From: Chiloscyllium plagiosum
Taxonomy: Eukaryota
Assembly: GCF_004010195.1 (NCBI RefSeq)
Contig: NC_057718.1
Location: forward strand, 24,506,715 to 24,570,714
DNA length: 64,000 nucleotides
Direction: 5' to 3'
Notes under the pieces: generated by a model
What the model was told of the DNA's origin: nothing
The model's input: the letters and a program-made list of their open reading frames with translations, nothing else
Database searches by the model: none
Shown: piece after piece, positions 12,534 to 26,225 of the stretch
Numbering within the stretch: the stretch's first letter is position 1
Layout of the letters: every line of letters begins with the position of its first letter
Made by a program: the position numbers and the translations under genes

Positions 12534-15500
12534 ATGGCTAGTCATTCACTTAGGTGGTGTACCTGAAATGTCAAGGGGGGGTAATTCACCAATCAAACGG
12601 AAAAAGATATTATCTAGTTTCAAAAACGAAAGGGTTGATGTAGCTCACTTACAGGAGACACATCTACTTGATAAAAAACATTTAAAGCAACAACAGGGTG
12701 GATTTGATCAGGCTTTTTTCTCATCTTTCAAATCAAAAAGTAGGGAAGTAGCCATTCTTATTCGGAAGAATCTTCCTTTCCAAATGTTAAGCCAGATAAA
12801 AGATGAGTCTGGATGGTATATATTGATCAAAGCCCTAATACATGGAGAGGACTATGGAATTTTGAATCTTTATTGCCCCCCAGCACACCCCTTTAAATTT
12901 GTAATGGAAGCATTCTCTAAGTTGATAGCTTTTGGAGGCCGCCATACAATTATAGGAGGAGATTTTAACTGTATTATGGACCCAGAGACAGATAGGATAC
13001 CTAAGAGCACTACAGGTATCTCTGAGATCTAGACAACTGGCGGATCTGAATAAGGAGTTAGGGCTAGTAGTTGTATGGAGGTGCCTTCAGCCCCAGGGTA
13101 GAGACTTTACTTTCTGCTCTAACCCACATAAGTGCCACACCAGAATTGATATGTTTTTTGCCCCCTCGACTCTTTTGAATTCGACGTTATCTTGTAAAAT
13201 AGGTAATATAGCTATTTCTGATCATGCCGCAGTATATATGGAAGTCAAGATTAGGGATGATGGGATAGGCCCTGACATTGGTGTATGGATCCCTTCTTAT
13301 TGAAGGATAGCAAATTTATAAAGTATTTTTCTCAGGATTTCAAAACCTGGGAAATTAATTCAGGTACGGCCAGTAACCCCTCGATGATGTGGGAGACCAC
13401 TAAGGCATATGCGTGAGGCTTGGTCATCTCATAGTCTGCGACCTGGAAAAGACAAAAGGGAGAGCAACAGCGCCTGCTCAAGGCTTGCCTAATGGCAGCT
13501 GAGACAGCGTACATTAACAGGCCTTCCATTACTAAGCTACAAAGGGTCACAGCCCTTAGGGTAGCCTTGAATACCACACTTACCCAAACAGCAAAGAGGG
13601 AAATACTATTCGCAAAGCAGAGACTATTTGAATATGGCAACAATCCTGGCAGATACCTAGCATACCTTGTTCGAAAGAAAAAGGCTCCTCAAGCCATTAT
13701 GTCCATTCGAGAAAGTGCTGGTACCCTGACTTGTGATTGTAAAAAGATCAATACAGCCTTTAGAAAGTCCTATTTTGAACTGTATAAATCGCAGGACTGT
13801 GAGGATAGAACTGAGAAGATGGAATCCGTCTTTAAAAATTTGGCCTTTCCAGGCCTAACCTTGGAGCAGGTGTCGATCTTGAATGCCCCCTGACAACCCA
13901 GGAAGTACTCAACGTGGTTAGGCAGCTTCAGAGTGGCAAAGTGCTTGGACCAGATGGATTCCCAGTTGAGTTCTATAAAGAATTTATAGGGGAACTGGCC
14001 GGGCCACTCATACATATGTATAATTATTTACATAGTGAGGGTTGAGAGAAGCAAATATCTCTCTCATTCTTAAAAAGGGAAAGGCCCCAGAAGATTGCTT
14101 ATCATATAGACCCATATCCTTACTAAAGGTGGATTTCAAAATTCTTTCTAAAATATTAGCATTAAGCATTGGAGAAGGTCTCACCATACATCATAAAAGA
14201 GGACCAGATGGGGTTTACAAAGGGCCGCAGTTCAACTAATAACATTAGAAGTGTCTTAAATATGATACAAGCCTGTCAACAGGGAACAATACCGGGTTTA
14301 GCTGTCTCCTTGGACGCAGAGAAGGCATTTGATCGGGTAGAAATGGCCAAATCTTTTTTTATACACTGGAAAGGTTCGGTGTCGGGGAGGTATTTATTAA
14401 ATGGGTTTCAATATTATAAATGATCACAAAGCAGCGGTGATCACCAATGGTTTAAGTTCGGATAGCTTTAGTGTTGGCAGGGGCTGTCATCACAGAAGTC
14501 CTTTTGCACCATTATTATTCACACTAGTGATTGAACCACTGGCGGAAGCTATACATACTGACCCTAACATAACAGCTCTGAGGGTTGGATCGGGCAACAT
14601 AAAATCACTCTATGCGGATGATGTTCTCCTCTTCTTAAATGATCTTTTGATATCCGTGCCCCGCCTAATCCAAGTGATCAATTTATTTGGTATGTTCTCA
14701 GGCTATAAAATCAATTTCATGAAATCTGAGACCATGCCGTTGGGAGGTCTTGCCAGTGTATTCAATTTACCAGACAGATCTTGCTTTCCCTTTCGGTTGT
14801 CACTAGAAGGTTTTCTGTACTTAGGTATTTTTATCACCCCAGTATTTGGTCAGCTGTATAAAGCTAATTTTGTGCACTTATTAGAGAAAATAAGACAGGA
14901 CTTTCAATGATTGGGAGATCTCCCAATATCCTGGCTAGGCAGGGTAGGCCGAGTTAAGATGAATATTCTATCTCATCTTTTATATCCTATGAGAATGCTC
15001 CCCATGATGCTGCCGAGACAGCTGGCGCGACTCCTTTATTTGGAATCATAGACGGCCCCTTATCAAATTAGAAAAAACTGCAGCTTCCAGAAGCCAGGGG
15101 AGGATTGGACTTTCCAGATTTTAGGAGGTATCAGTTGAGCTCCTTATTATCCAATGTAGCTGATTGGGTCTCTTGTGACCCACAATCAATCTGGTTAGAT
15201 ACGGAGACCTCCCAAGCAAAATGTCCCCTCATCAATCTTTTATTTATGGACAAGATGAGAGCTATTATGGATTATTGTAAAAACCCTATTATATTAAATA
15301 CAATTAAAGCCTGGAGGACAATGCGACAAGATGAGGGAAACCTGCAAAAAACCTCCCCTTATACTCCTATAGTGGAAGCATAGGGATTTCAGCAAGGGGT
15401 GACAGATGCTACATTTAAAACTTGGAAGTCCACAGGTATCTCCTATTTGGGAGACCTGTTCGATGGGGAGGTTATGATGTCCTTTGAGCAGTTGCACCAG

Positions 15501-16307
15501 AACTTTGGACTGCCTAACAGGGACCTTTTTCGGTATTTCCAAATACGAGATTATATACAAAAGAAGACCACACTGATAATTAACCCCTACAAATCGGATA
15601 GGATAAGGAGAGTGCTATGGCCGATGGGGCCCCCCTCGGTTAGTACTCTTTATCACTCATTATATAATAAAGTATCTAAGGACATGGAACGATTATTTAA
15701 AACCTGGAATCAAGAATTAGGGTTGAAAGTCTCATTAGAAATGTGGGAGGACATCTGGGAAAATGCCAGAAAGATCTCTATTTGTAATAGAACTCAGGCT
15801 ATTCAATTAAAGATACTTCACAGGGCTCATATGGTACCTGACCGACTTGCAAAATTCAAGGCAGAAGCATCCCCAATGTGTCCCAAATGTAAAATAGAAG
15901 TTGGTACTCTCAAGCATTGTCTATGGATACACCATAAGATCCGCAGGTATTGAATTAGAGTAGCGAATGCCTTGACAGAGATCTTGGGTACAGAGATTAG
16001 ATTGGATCCAGTGTCCCTGCTTTTGGGATCTTCAGATTTTCCCTCCCTGGATGTGTACGGGAGGAAATTATTTACCATTCTTTCCTTTTGTGCAAGGAAA
16101 AATATTTTAGTGAATCGGGTAGCTGAAGGCCCTCCTGGATTTTTGAACTGGCACAGGTCAGTCATGGAATATACCCCCCTTGACTTCCTCACAACTATGG
16201 TGCACCAAAAAACGGAATTATTCTATAAAACATGGCAGCCCTTTTTGAACTATATCGACACAGATATTTCGGCCATACTGTCCTGGGCTTTTCTTTGGCT
16301 GTGGTAA
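12534..16307 (+). pseudogene. L1 ORF2 (APE endonuclease, RT, Cys-rich domain), multiply disrupted
   Basis: LQETH, IIGGDFN, SDH (endonuclease); YRPISLL, LDAEKAFDRVE, YADD (RT); CPKC...GTLKHCLW (C-terminal). Several stops and frameshifts. Confidence 0.93.
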
Positions 16308-16653
16308 TGGTTCTGTCTGGTTCAGGGACCCCCGGGAGGCGGAATCCCATATAAACGCAGATTTTATTATGATTTGATGTAAATCTATTTTGAGCATGTA
16401 TCTACTTATTTCATTTTTTTGTTTATTGCTTGTAATGTTTGATATTCTATTTTACATTTTGGTTGTTTGTAGGATAGGTTAATAGTTAGTTGGGTTTTTC
16501 TTTTTTTTTGGTTATTATTTATTTTGTTCTTATTTATTTAATTTCATATTGCTGTTTATACTTGTTTGTATGACTTTTGTAATTTTGTAAAAAATCTTTA
16601 AAAATTTTCTTTTTTTCAATAAAAATAGCTATATAAAAAAAGACGCAGACTTG

Positions 16654-16960
16654 CACATTCCAAGCTCCAGGATTATGCACTGAAGGACGCATTAAACCTT
16701 GGGGCAGATGCTGCCAAGGTGCAGTGGGAAAAGATTACCGTCTGAAGTCAATGTGCCAAAGTTAAATGGGGATCCATTCAGTTATCAGACCCTCTTGATG
16801 CCTCAAATGCATACAATTATAGTCTTGTACAAGTAAGAGATGTCTTTGGTTTGTTTGTTGGATAGAGTCAAACTCCAATGTTGACTTGTTTTCTCATATG
16901 CTACTGTACAGAACCAAACTGAGTTTGTGACTATTATATATATATAAAGATTTTTAAAAA
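16654..16960 (+). mobile_element. Tx1-clade LINE 3' fragment, right part
   Basis: (RCRL)AHSKLQDYALKDALNLGADAAKVQWEKITV* continues the frame interrupted at 10831. Confidence 0.65.
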
Positions 16961-17394
16961 ATGAATAGAGTGTTTGCAATTTAAAAAGTGGGCACGTCAC
17001 TACACAATCACTGGCTACAAGTGTATTCTAATGTTCTTATTTCTGCATGCCTGTAGGGATGCATAACAATTTAGTAGCGGCCACAGATCTAATGTAACCT
17101 CTGCCTTCCTAAATCATGCAAGTTTTTTGTCTGTAAAAATTGAATGTATGCCCTTTATCCCATGTATTCAGCATATTTGAACATGTATTGCACTGCTTAA
17201 ACTAAGTAGTTCTATTTTAATTCAATGCTAAAATTAGGGAAAAAAACTATTCTTTCTTGACATTTCTTAAAGCTCTTAAGTGCACCCAAAGTTGTCATTA
17301 AACACAGACAGATCTATATTCTTTCATAGAACATATTTATTGTACTCCATTAACAACTGATTGGAGAACAAACCCTACTATAATGAATCAGAAA

Positions 17395-17905
17395 CATAGA
17401 CTATGTACAGTAGACCATATATATCAAATCACTGGAGTTGTCACCAGTGCATCTGTTGCAAAATCCTGCAAATCCACTGGCAGGATAGGGTACCAATGTG
17501 AGTGTCCTCTCCCAGACCTATATTCTCAGTACAATGGCACTGGTGACTCATGGCCGACTGTAATGGGCAGGCCACATTGTTCACATGCCCGAAACAAGAT
17601 TCCTTAAACAAGGGTTCAACTCTGAACTCTGCGATGGTAAGTGATTACAAGGAGGGCAGAGGAAACACTGCAAGGACACCCTGAAAGCCTCCTTAAACAA
17701 ATGCAACGTACCCACTGACACGGGGAGTCACTTGCCCCAGAACACACAAACTGGAGAAGCATCTACCAGTGCACTAACCACTTCATGTGTCACTGAGTGG
17801 AATATATGAAGGCCAAGTGCAAATAGTGGAAAGAGTGGGGGCAGAATCCAGAGCATTCCGCTTACCTGCATTACTTGTGGCAGAGACTCTGTGGCTCCAG
17901 GATTA
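17395..17905 (+). mobile_element. RTE-clade LINE 3' fragment
   Basis: Degenerate ...GGQRKHCKDTLKASLNKCNVP..., then a zinc-finger-like ...CGSRI segment, as in RTE ORF C-termini. Confidence 0.65.
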
Positions 17906-18896
17906 ACACAAATAAAGGGAATTACAATGAAATGAGTACAGAATTAGGTAAAGTGGACCCGGTTGCTAGATTAGCAGGAATGGCAGTATGCAAGCAGTGG
18001 CAGATATTTAAGGGAGTAATTCATGACCTTCAGCGAAAATGTATCTCTGTAAGGAGGTGAGATTCTAAAAGGGGGCGAAACCAAGGAAATTAATGGGAGC
18101 GTTAATTTGAAAGAAAAAGCATATAAGGAGGTAAAAGTCAATGACAGCCCAGAAAACTGGGACAATTTAAAATCTCACTAAAATAAGGAGAGACAAATTA
18201 AATTGTGAGAGCAAGCCAGTGAAGAATATAAAAATTGACAGTAAGAGCTTCTTCAAATATAGATAAAAAAAAGAGGTCAACGTAAATTTAGTCCCCTTAG
18301 AAAATGAATGCAGAGGGATAGTTTTGTGGAACAAGGAAATAGCAGAGGACTTAAACAGATATTTTGCATCTTTTTTTATGGTGCAAGACACTTTAAATTA
18401 AATAATATGGGGAGGAACTAAATTGCTACAGAGATAGTGAATGCATTGGTTCTCATTTTCCAATAAATCCTTGGATTCTGGAGAAGACCACAAGACCATA
18501 AGACAAAGGAGTGGAAGTAAGGCCATTCAGCCCATCAAGTCCACTCCATTATTTAAACATGGCTAATGGTATTTCAACTCCACTTACCCACACTCTCCCC
18601 ATTTCTCTTAATTCCTTGCGAGATCAAGAATATATCAGAAGTATCAGAAATTTGGAAAACTGCTGATGTGACACCCCTATAGATCAAGGGAGGGAGGCAA
18701 CAAATAGATAACTATAGGGCAACTTGTGTAACACCAATTGTTCGAAAAATATTGGCATCAGTTAATAATGAAGTAAATGCCGAACATTTGGAAAATCATA
18801 ATCTAATCAAGCGGAATCAGCCAGGCTTCATGAAAGGGTGATTGTGCCTGACTAATTAGAGTCAGAGCCAAATAGCATGGAAACAGACTCCGGTCC

Positions 18897-19270
18897 AGGA
18901 TGCCTGCCTTGAAGAAGATTTCCTCCTCTCTCTACAAGAATTTCAGGGAGTCCCTCTCCCACTGCAACTCCCGGGTCATTTCCTCTGTCCTGAAGCTCTT
19001 CAACCATGTCCTGAAACAAACTCGCTACATATCACCTTCATCCCCTCCCCCACTCACCTATTGTACTCTATGCTACTTTCTCCCCACCCCCACCCTCCTC
19101 TAGCTTATCTCTCTACCCTTCAGGCTCTCAGCCTTTATTCCTGATGAAGGGCTTTTGCCCGAAACATCGATTTTACTGCTCCTCGGATGCTGCCTGAACT
19201 GCTGTGCTCTTCCAGCACCACGAATCTAGAATCTGGCTTCCAGCATCTGCAGTCATTGTTTTTACCTCTT
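18897..19270 (+). mobile_element. Penelope-like element fragment with pLTR (hammerhead motif at 19141-19168)
   Basis: pLTR near-identical to 1-144. Inserted in a minus-strand CR1 tail with flanking CCGGTCCA/TCGGTCCA. Confidence 0.75.
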
Positions 19271-19321
19271 CGGTCCAATCAGCCCAGGCTGACCATGTTC
19301 CGAAACTAAACACGGCCCACC

Positions 19322-20215
19322 TCTCTACAAATGGACCCCACCACCAGAGATATATTTCTTTCCCCACCCCATTTGCATTCTGTAAAGACAATTCCCTTTG
19401 CAACTGTCTTGTCAGGTGCACGCCACCACACCTCCCCACCGCCCCACCCCCTCCACTCACAGCACCTTCCCCTGCCACCTCAAGAATTGCAAAACCTGCG
19501 CCCACACCTCCCCCTCACCTCCATCCAAGGCCCCAAAGGAGCCTTCCACATCCATCATGGATTTACCTGTACTTCCACATGTCATTTACTGTGTCCATTG
19601 CTCCCGATGTGGTCTCCTCTACATTAGGGAGACAGGACGCCTACTTGCAGAACACGTCTGAGAACATCTCCGGGACACATGCACAAAGCAACCACACTGC
19701 TCCGTGGCCAAACACTTTAACTCCCCCTCCCACTCCGCTCAGGACATGCAGGTGCTGGGTCTCCTCCATCGCCAAACCCTAACTACCCGAATCCTGGAGG
19801 AAGAATGCTTCATCTTCTGCCTTGGGACCCGCCAACCACATGGGATTAATGTGGAGTTCACCAGTTTCCTCTTTTCCCCTCCCCCCAATCCTGTCACAGA
19901 TCCAACCTTCTAACTTGGCACGACCCTCATGACCTGTTCTACCTGTCCATCTTCCTTCCGACTTATCTGCTCCACCCTCCTCTTTGACCTATTACCATTA
20001 ACCCCACTTTCATCTACCTATCACACTCTTAGCTACCTTCCCCCCAGCCCCTCCTATTTATCTCTCTACCCCCTTGGCTCACAGCCTCAATCCTGATGAA
20101 GGACCTATGCCCAAAATGTCAATTCTCCTGCTCCTCGGATGCTGCCTGACTGCTGTGCTTTTCCAGCACCACACTCACGACTCCGATCTCTAGCATCTGC
20201 AGTCCTCACTTTATC
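19322..20215 (+). mobile_element. Penelope-like element 3' part: GIY-YIG endonuclease plus pLTR
   Basis: TFPCHLKNCKTC...VIYCVHCSRCGLLYIRETGRLLAEH...HFNSPSH...LGTRQPHGINVEF. pLTR carries a degenerate hammerhead at 20093-20120. Flanked by CCCACCT on both sides. Confidence 0.88.
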
Positions 20216-21408
20216 CCACCTGCCTTCATTTGGCCCATCCCCCTCCAATATTACTTATTCATGAACTTATTCAAATGTCTTTTAAATGTTGCAACTCTAC
20301 CTGCTTTTTTAGAGCACTTTGAGGAAATCTCATCCAGAGTGGATAGAGAGGAACCAGTAAATTTGTTGTATTGGACTTTCAGAAGGCTTTGGACAAGGTA
20401 CCTCATAAAACATTTTGCCATAAGAGTCCATGCTGCTGGAGGTAGTGTATTGGCATGAATAGACAATTGGTTCATTGTCAGAAAACAGCAAGTGGGAATA
20501 AGCAGCTCTTTTTCAGGTTGGCCATCTGTAACCAATAGGTGTCCAAGGAGGCACTATTGGGACTGCACCTGTTTACAATATACGTAATGACTTGGAGGAA
20601 GGACGTGAATTTGCAGATGACACAAAAATAGCTGGGAGGTCAAGTTATGAGAGAGATACAAATAGTTTACAGGGAACTATTGATAGGTTAAGTAAATGGG
20701 CAGAAAGTTGGTGATTGGAGTATAATTTAGGAAAATGTTAAGTTGTTCATTTTGGAAGGGAGAACAAAATAATAGAGTATTAGTTAAATGGAAAAAGTCT
20801 GCAGAAAGCTGCAACACAAAGGGACCAAGGATTACTTGTACACAAAACACAGGAAGTTAGCACATAGGTGCAGCAGATAATCAGGAAAGTGAATGGAAGG
20901 TTAGACCATAAGCTATGGGAGCAGAATTAGGACATTTGATCCACTAAATCTGCTTCACCATTTGATCATGGTTAATATGTTTCCCAATCCCATTCTCCTG
21001 CCCTCTAACCACCACCCTTGATCCCCTTACTAATCAAGAACCCGACCATCGCTGTACTAAATTCACTCGATGACTTGGCCTCCACAGCACTCTGCAGCAA
21101 TGAGATTCACAGATTGAACTCCTGAAAAATTCCTCTTCATCTCAGTTCTAAATGGTCTTCGCTTCATTCTCATTCTCCTACCAGTGGATACATCTTCTCT
21201 ACATCCACTCTATCTACATTGGAGTCACCTTCGATGTCAGATATCCTTCCTTAGATATGCTTACAATATTCCAGTAAAGTAAAATAAAGTAATAAGATAG
21301 GGGAATGGGTCTGGGTGGGATATTGATTGGAGTGTCAGCATGGACATGTTGAGCCAAATGGCCTGTTTCCACACATAGGGATTCTATGATGGACTCATAG
21401 TCATAATA

Positions 21409-21755
21409 GGGGAGCGATGGCCTATTAGCGTTATTGCTGGACTGTTAATCCAGAAACCAAGGTAGTATCCTGGGGGCATGGGTTCAAATCTGCCATGGCA
21501 GATGGTGAAATTTGAATTCAATAAAATCTGGAATTAAGAATCTAAAGATGACCACAAATCCATTGTTGACTGTCAGACAAATCTGTCTGGCTCACTAAAG
21601 TCCTTTAGGGAAGGAAACTGATGTCCTTAACTGGGCTGGCCTACACGTGACTCCAGACCCACAGCAATGTAGTTGATTATTAACTGCCCTCTGGGCAATT
21701 AGAAATGGGTAATAAATGCTGGCCAAGCCAGCGATACCCTCATCCCATGAATGAG
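21409..21755 (+). mobile_element. tRNA-derived SINE with LINE-derived tail
   Basis: A-box-like GATGGCCTATTAGCG, B-box GGGTTCAAATC (21481), and a 3' end shared with the LINE at 6625-7445. Confidence 0.7.
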
Positions 21756-24700
21756 CAAACAAACCTCAAAACATTAACTGTTTCTCTTTCCACAGATGCT
21801 GCCAGACTTGTTGAGATTTTCCAGTATTGTCCGGTTTGTTTCAGATTTCTAGCATCTGCCATATTTTGCCTTTATTTTAACAGCCCCTGGTGTGTGGGTA
21901 GCATATTAGAATAGAAAGAAGATTGGTCAACTAAATGAAGTTGGTTGGAAAAGGGGACATTTCCAGGATGGAATGCTGTAATGAGTAGAACAGTGCTGGG
22001 GCCACAACAATTTGCAACATATAGTAATGAGGTGGATAACAGAGCTTAATGTACTATTGCCAAGTTATGGATGACAAAACAAAAGTGGGAAGGCAAGTGG
22101 TCAGGATTACACAAAGAATCTGCAGAGGGATTGGACAAAACTTGGCAAATGGAATATAATGTGGGAAAATGTGAGTTTATGCACTATGACAGGAAGAATG
22201 GAGGAGCTGAATATTATTTAAATGGTGAAAGACTGCAGAAAGCTTTGGCATGGAGTGACTTGGAAATCCTTATATATAAATCAAAAACAGCTAACATACT
22301 AGTTCAGCATCAATAAGGAAGGCAAATGGAATGTTGGCCTTTATTTCAAAGGAAATGGAGTAAAATAATAGGGAGGTTTTGCCAAAATTATACAAGACAC
22401 AAGTCAGACCACATACGGAATACTGTTAAAAGCTTTGGACCCCATTTCTAAGGAAATATAATTGGCATTGGAGGGAGTCCAAGGAAGATTTATTAGGTTG
22501 TTCCTAATTATGGATGGATTTTCTTATGAAGAATGAGAGGAGAACTCATTGATACACACTAAGATGCTTAAGGGTCTTGATAGATTAAATGCTGAGAAGT
22601 TGTTTCCCCTTTTGGGAGAGGCTAGGATAAAGGGCACAATCCAAGAATGAGGGGTTATTCATGAGGACAAAGATGAGGAAATAAAATCTTGTCTCAGACA
22701 ACAGTGCATCTGTGGATTTTTTTTAACCACAGAAAGCAATCTAGGTTGGATTGTTATGCTTATTCAAGACTAGAATATACATATTTTTAATTTGTAATGA
22801 AATCAAGGCATATGTGGAAAAATGCAAGAAAGTGGAGTTGAGGATTATTAATTGAGCCTAAATTTCACTGAATGGCAGAGGAGAATCAATGGGCTTAATG
22901 GTTTACTTTTGCTTTTGAGTCTTATGGTCTACAACCGACAACAGAACAAATATACTCTAAGACTGTTGTATGGTTCTGAACCAGGAGATCTAATCAGAAA
23001 CAGAGTACTTGAATTACAAGAGTGAGCTTGATAGCCTTTTCTGTTCCATGTGTTCTTGCCAAAGCACATTACTTAATAATAATCTTTACAGCTGTAAATT
23101 GAAAGCTTAAGTTATAGTATTCGACTCACAGTTTCAGTTATTAAGTGTGTGGTCCCTTTCATATTGTAATTCTAAATGCACTCAGTGATATTATAATGTT
23201 CACTGGACAAAAGTGAAGTAGAACAGCACTGTAAAATGGCCATTGTTTAAAGAAAAAAAACTGATCAATGTTGGTAATATTTTCTTTTTCAAAGGCTAAT
23301 AAATGATTATGGATTACACAGAATAAACTTTTTTGTTTGATTTATTTTTTCCCAACAGAATGTCAGATGCCTGAAGGGAAACTTCCTTGGAAGGTATGAC
23401 AAAAACTTGATCATTATATAACATTGTTGAATTGGCTTTTTTATTATAATAAACTGTTTTTCTTGACAGTCATTAACATTGGAAATGGACAAATAAAGGA
23501 ATATTGTCTAATCTTTATTATCACTACTTCTTTTGGAGCATAGCACCAGGTCTGTGTTGAATTATTAACTACTGTGTACAGAATTCTGTTTTTAAATACA
23601 GTCAGATACCATAATACACCAATACTTCAAAACTCTTGTTATTCAGTATATTATGATCAATCTACATGGCCAAGATTTAACCAGGAAGCAAAAAATGGAA
23701 TAATCCAAAGAATATGGTCCATATGCAATCAGTGTCAGTAAGAAAGTCAAATACCATACAAATATTGACTGCAGACCTAAGGGGCTGAAACATATCAAAT
23801 TACAGGAGATTGACCATTTTTCTCTCATTGCTGTTAACACAATCATATTCTCAGAAATCACAGGTTTCAAAGCCACGCGTATCACTGTTGTTAGCAGGCT
23901 GGTACTCAGGGACAACAAAAAACATTCAACAACTTTTCACCGAAAAAAGAACTTTGTCCCATCCAGTGACTCAGCACCAGATCAAAAAGAAAATTGCTGG
24001 AGCCCTGACAATGTCGTCAGTTAAGCTGTGAAAACTACAAAAGAGCACATTCGGAATTGCTAAAAGATCTCAAAATACAGCACATATGGAGCACAGCAGT
24101 TTGAATGAGGCCAGACAGATTGATAATAATAGTGACAACATTGTTTGCTTCAGGGCCTTATGATCATTTACCAACCCTGAAGCTTCATAATGACCCAAAA
24201 TGCCTGAATAAACAAAAATGCAATTGCTATGGTTTTCTACACGAAATTGACAAAGACAATGAACTTGCAAAACATGAATTAGAGTCTGCATAGATAAGGT
24301 TGCTACAATGCCAATGCTGTACATAGAACTGCTAAAATTGCTTTAAACTGAAGGAATACACTTGCATTAATTTTTGCATCTAAGGTTACAAAGTGACAAA
24401 ATGATATACAACTGTATGAATGCCATTTGTGGGCAAAGTAGCAATTGGTGCATTGATAACCCATAACTTTGTGGCATGGAGAACAAATTAAGCTTTATCT
24501 TCATTCACTATAATCACAAAGACAAAAAAAATTCTACTTTATTATTTTTGTTATATAAAGAGTAATTAGATCTCCTAAAATGTTTGCAAGGATGGAAATG
24601 GTTCAGGTGCTCTCCATACTTTTGGTCAGTAAAGGTTTAAATATCGATCTGTGTGAAATATGCTTTACATTTCTCAAAAGATGCTCAATTGATGAACATC

Positions 24701-26083
24701 CCTGTTAAACCAGGCGACTTCTGCAAGTATTGTCTGCACCACAATTCATACGAAAGTACTCTTTACATAAACATTTAACAAATGTGGCCAACCACAAAGC
24801 AATTTGGCTTCTATGTTTGTTTAGGGCCTAGTTTTTCACATGATGGAAAATAAGAATGCAGGCGCAAAGTGTTCTAATCAAAAGACATTATTCCATACTT
24901 ATTATCATTCCAAATCGATGCTAACCTCAGAGCATGGAGAATGGGGGCTGTTGGACATTGTCTTCAACAACATGAACCCAGTTCAACATTTATGTATCAC
25001 AAGTGGATAATAATATGAACATTTATGCATTTGTTACCCTATATTAGCAAAAAAGACAGTGTAAATATAACATAAACTTCATCTCAATGCCAAACCATTT
25101 TTTCTGCTATTAGTTACCCAGAATCTGCACCTCAGCACTGAAATTGAGCATTGGTACTAACAGCAATAACGATAAATACCAATACTTTTACAGACATGAT
25201 AAATGTATGGAAATCCATGGTTAAGAGGGCTACAATGGTACTCAATATACTGTACCACAGAATTCTTGAATGCAATTTACAACCTTAATTTGAGCAGAGG
25301 TCATTCTCACACCTTCTGTTAGCCAGATAAAGAATGGTGATTGACAGGCAGATACGAAGGAGCAAGCCACATATCACATTTCTGGCAATGTAGGCAAAGA
25401 TTAATAATAGAAAACAACAACATGAAAAGCACACAAAAAAGTTCGGACTGATCTGCTTTGGGTTATGACTAAAATAAGCAGATAGCTCATTGTATTAGTT
25501 GACTGATTTACATACAATTGGTTAGCAATAAATGGAATGATACAACAGCAATGATTGGCAGAATCATGAAAAGTTTACTTCAATTTTATTGAAGCACATC
25601 AGTTTCCTTTGAGTTTCCTCAGCTGGAGTAGCTAATGCCTACTAACAGTGAGGTAATGATAAATTCTAAAGAATGATCTGTAGTGCAACACAATGTCAGT
25701 GATGCTTTAAAATTAATATTTGGGATTAAGGAAAGACTTTAGAAATAATGAAAACAATTTGGGCATTGCCCAGACTTGCAATTTTTCCTATGGGCTGGAT
25801 TTTCTGCTTTCTGACAAGGTGAGGGAAGTGAAACAAGAGGTGAGGAGACCACTCACTCCCACATTGGTGCATTGAGTGCTGGACAGCCAATTGGTAGCCA
25901 GGCGAAGTAAAGACAGTCAACCAGCTCAGGGAAGGGGCTTTCTGCCCATTACAGTGTCTGGGGCTGGATGTCTACTGGGAAGGAGGTTCAGCTGTCCATC
26001 AATACAACCAAGAAATTAAAGGTCCCCTGGCTTCGCACCCTCTCCTTAATTGGGATGGCAGCCTAACAAGTCTAATAAATCTA

Positions 26084-26225
26084 TGATTTGGAGACACTGG
26101 TTTGGACTGGGGTGTATAAAGTAAAAAATCACACACACCAGGTTATAGTCCAACAGGTTTATTTGGAAGCAGTAGCTTTCAAATAAACCTGTTGGACAAT
26201 AACCTGGTGTTGCGTGATTTTTAGC
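26084..26225. mobile_element. Short fold-back PLE-terminus insertion (family C)
   Basis: Inverted arms at about 26124-26165 / 26180-26222. Flanking direct repeat CTAATAAATCTA at 26072-26083 and 26226-26237. Same family as 39572-39712. Confidence 0.7.

Larger units (their letters stand above)
10832..16637 (+). mobile_element. Full-length (about 5.8 kb) inactivated L1-clade LINE with 16-bp TSD
   Basis: TSD AAAAGATGCAGACTTG (10816-10831) / AAAAGACGCAGACTTG (16638-16653). Has ORF1, ORF2, a T-rich 3' UTR, AATAAA and an A-rich tail. Confidence 0.93.
17906..22930 (+). mobile_element. Long degenerate CR1 LINE split by nested insertions (CR1 segments about 17906-18858, 20305-20900, 21885-22930)
   Basis: CR1 ORF2 peptides (LNRYFASFF, FEEISSRVDREEPV, FADDTK, WQMEYNVGKCE) occur in colinear order around the inserted elements. 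Confidence 0.75.

Noticed and set aside
16900..17000. U2 snRNA or other specific target next to the Tx1-type element
   Set aside because: No recognisable snRNA, tRNA or rRNA sequence at either flank.
19204..19782. 192-aa proline-rich ORF
   Set aside because: Alternative frame over the C-rich Penelope sequence, crossing element junctions.
24603..24701. Minus-strand exon-like stretch GCSSIEHLLRNVK...
   Set aside because: Weak polypyrimidine tract, lies beyond the terminal exon, no recognisable homology.
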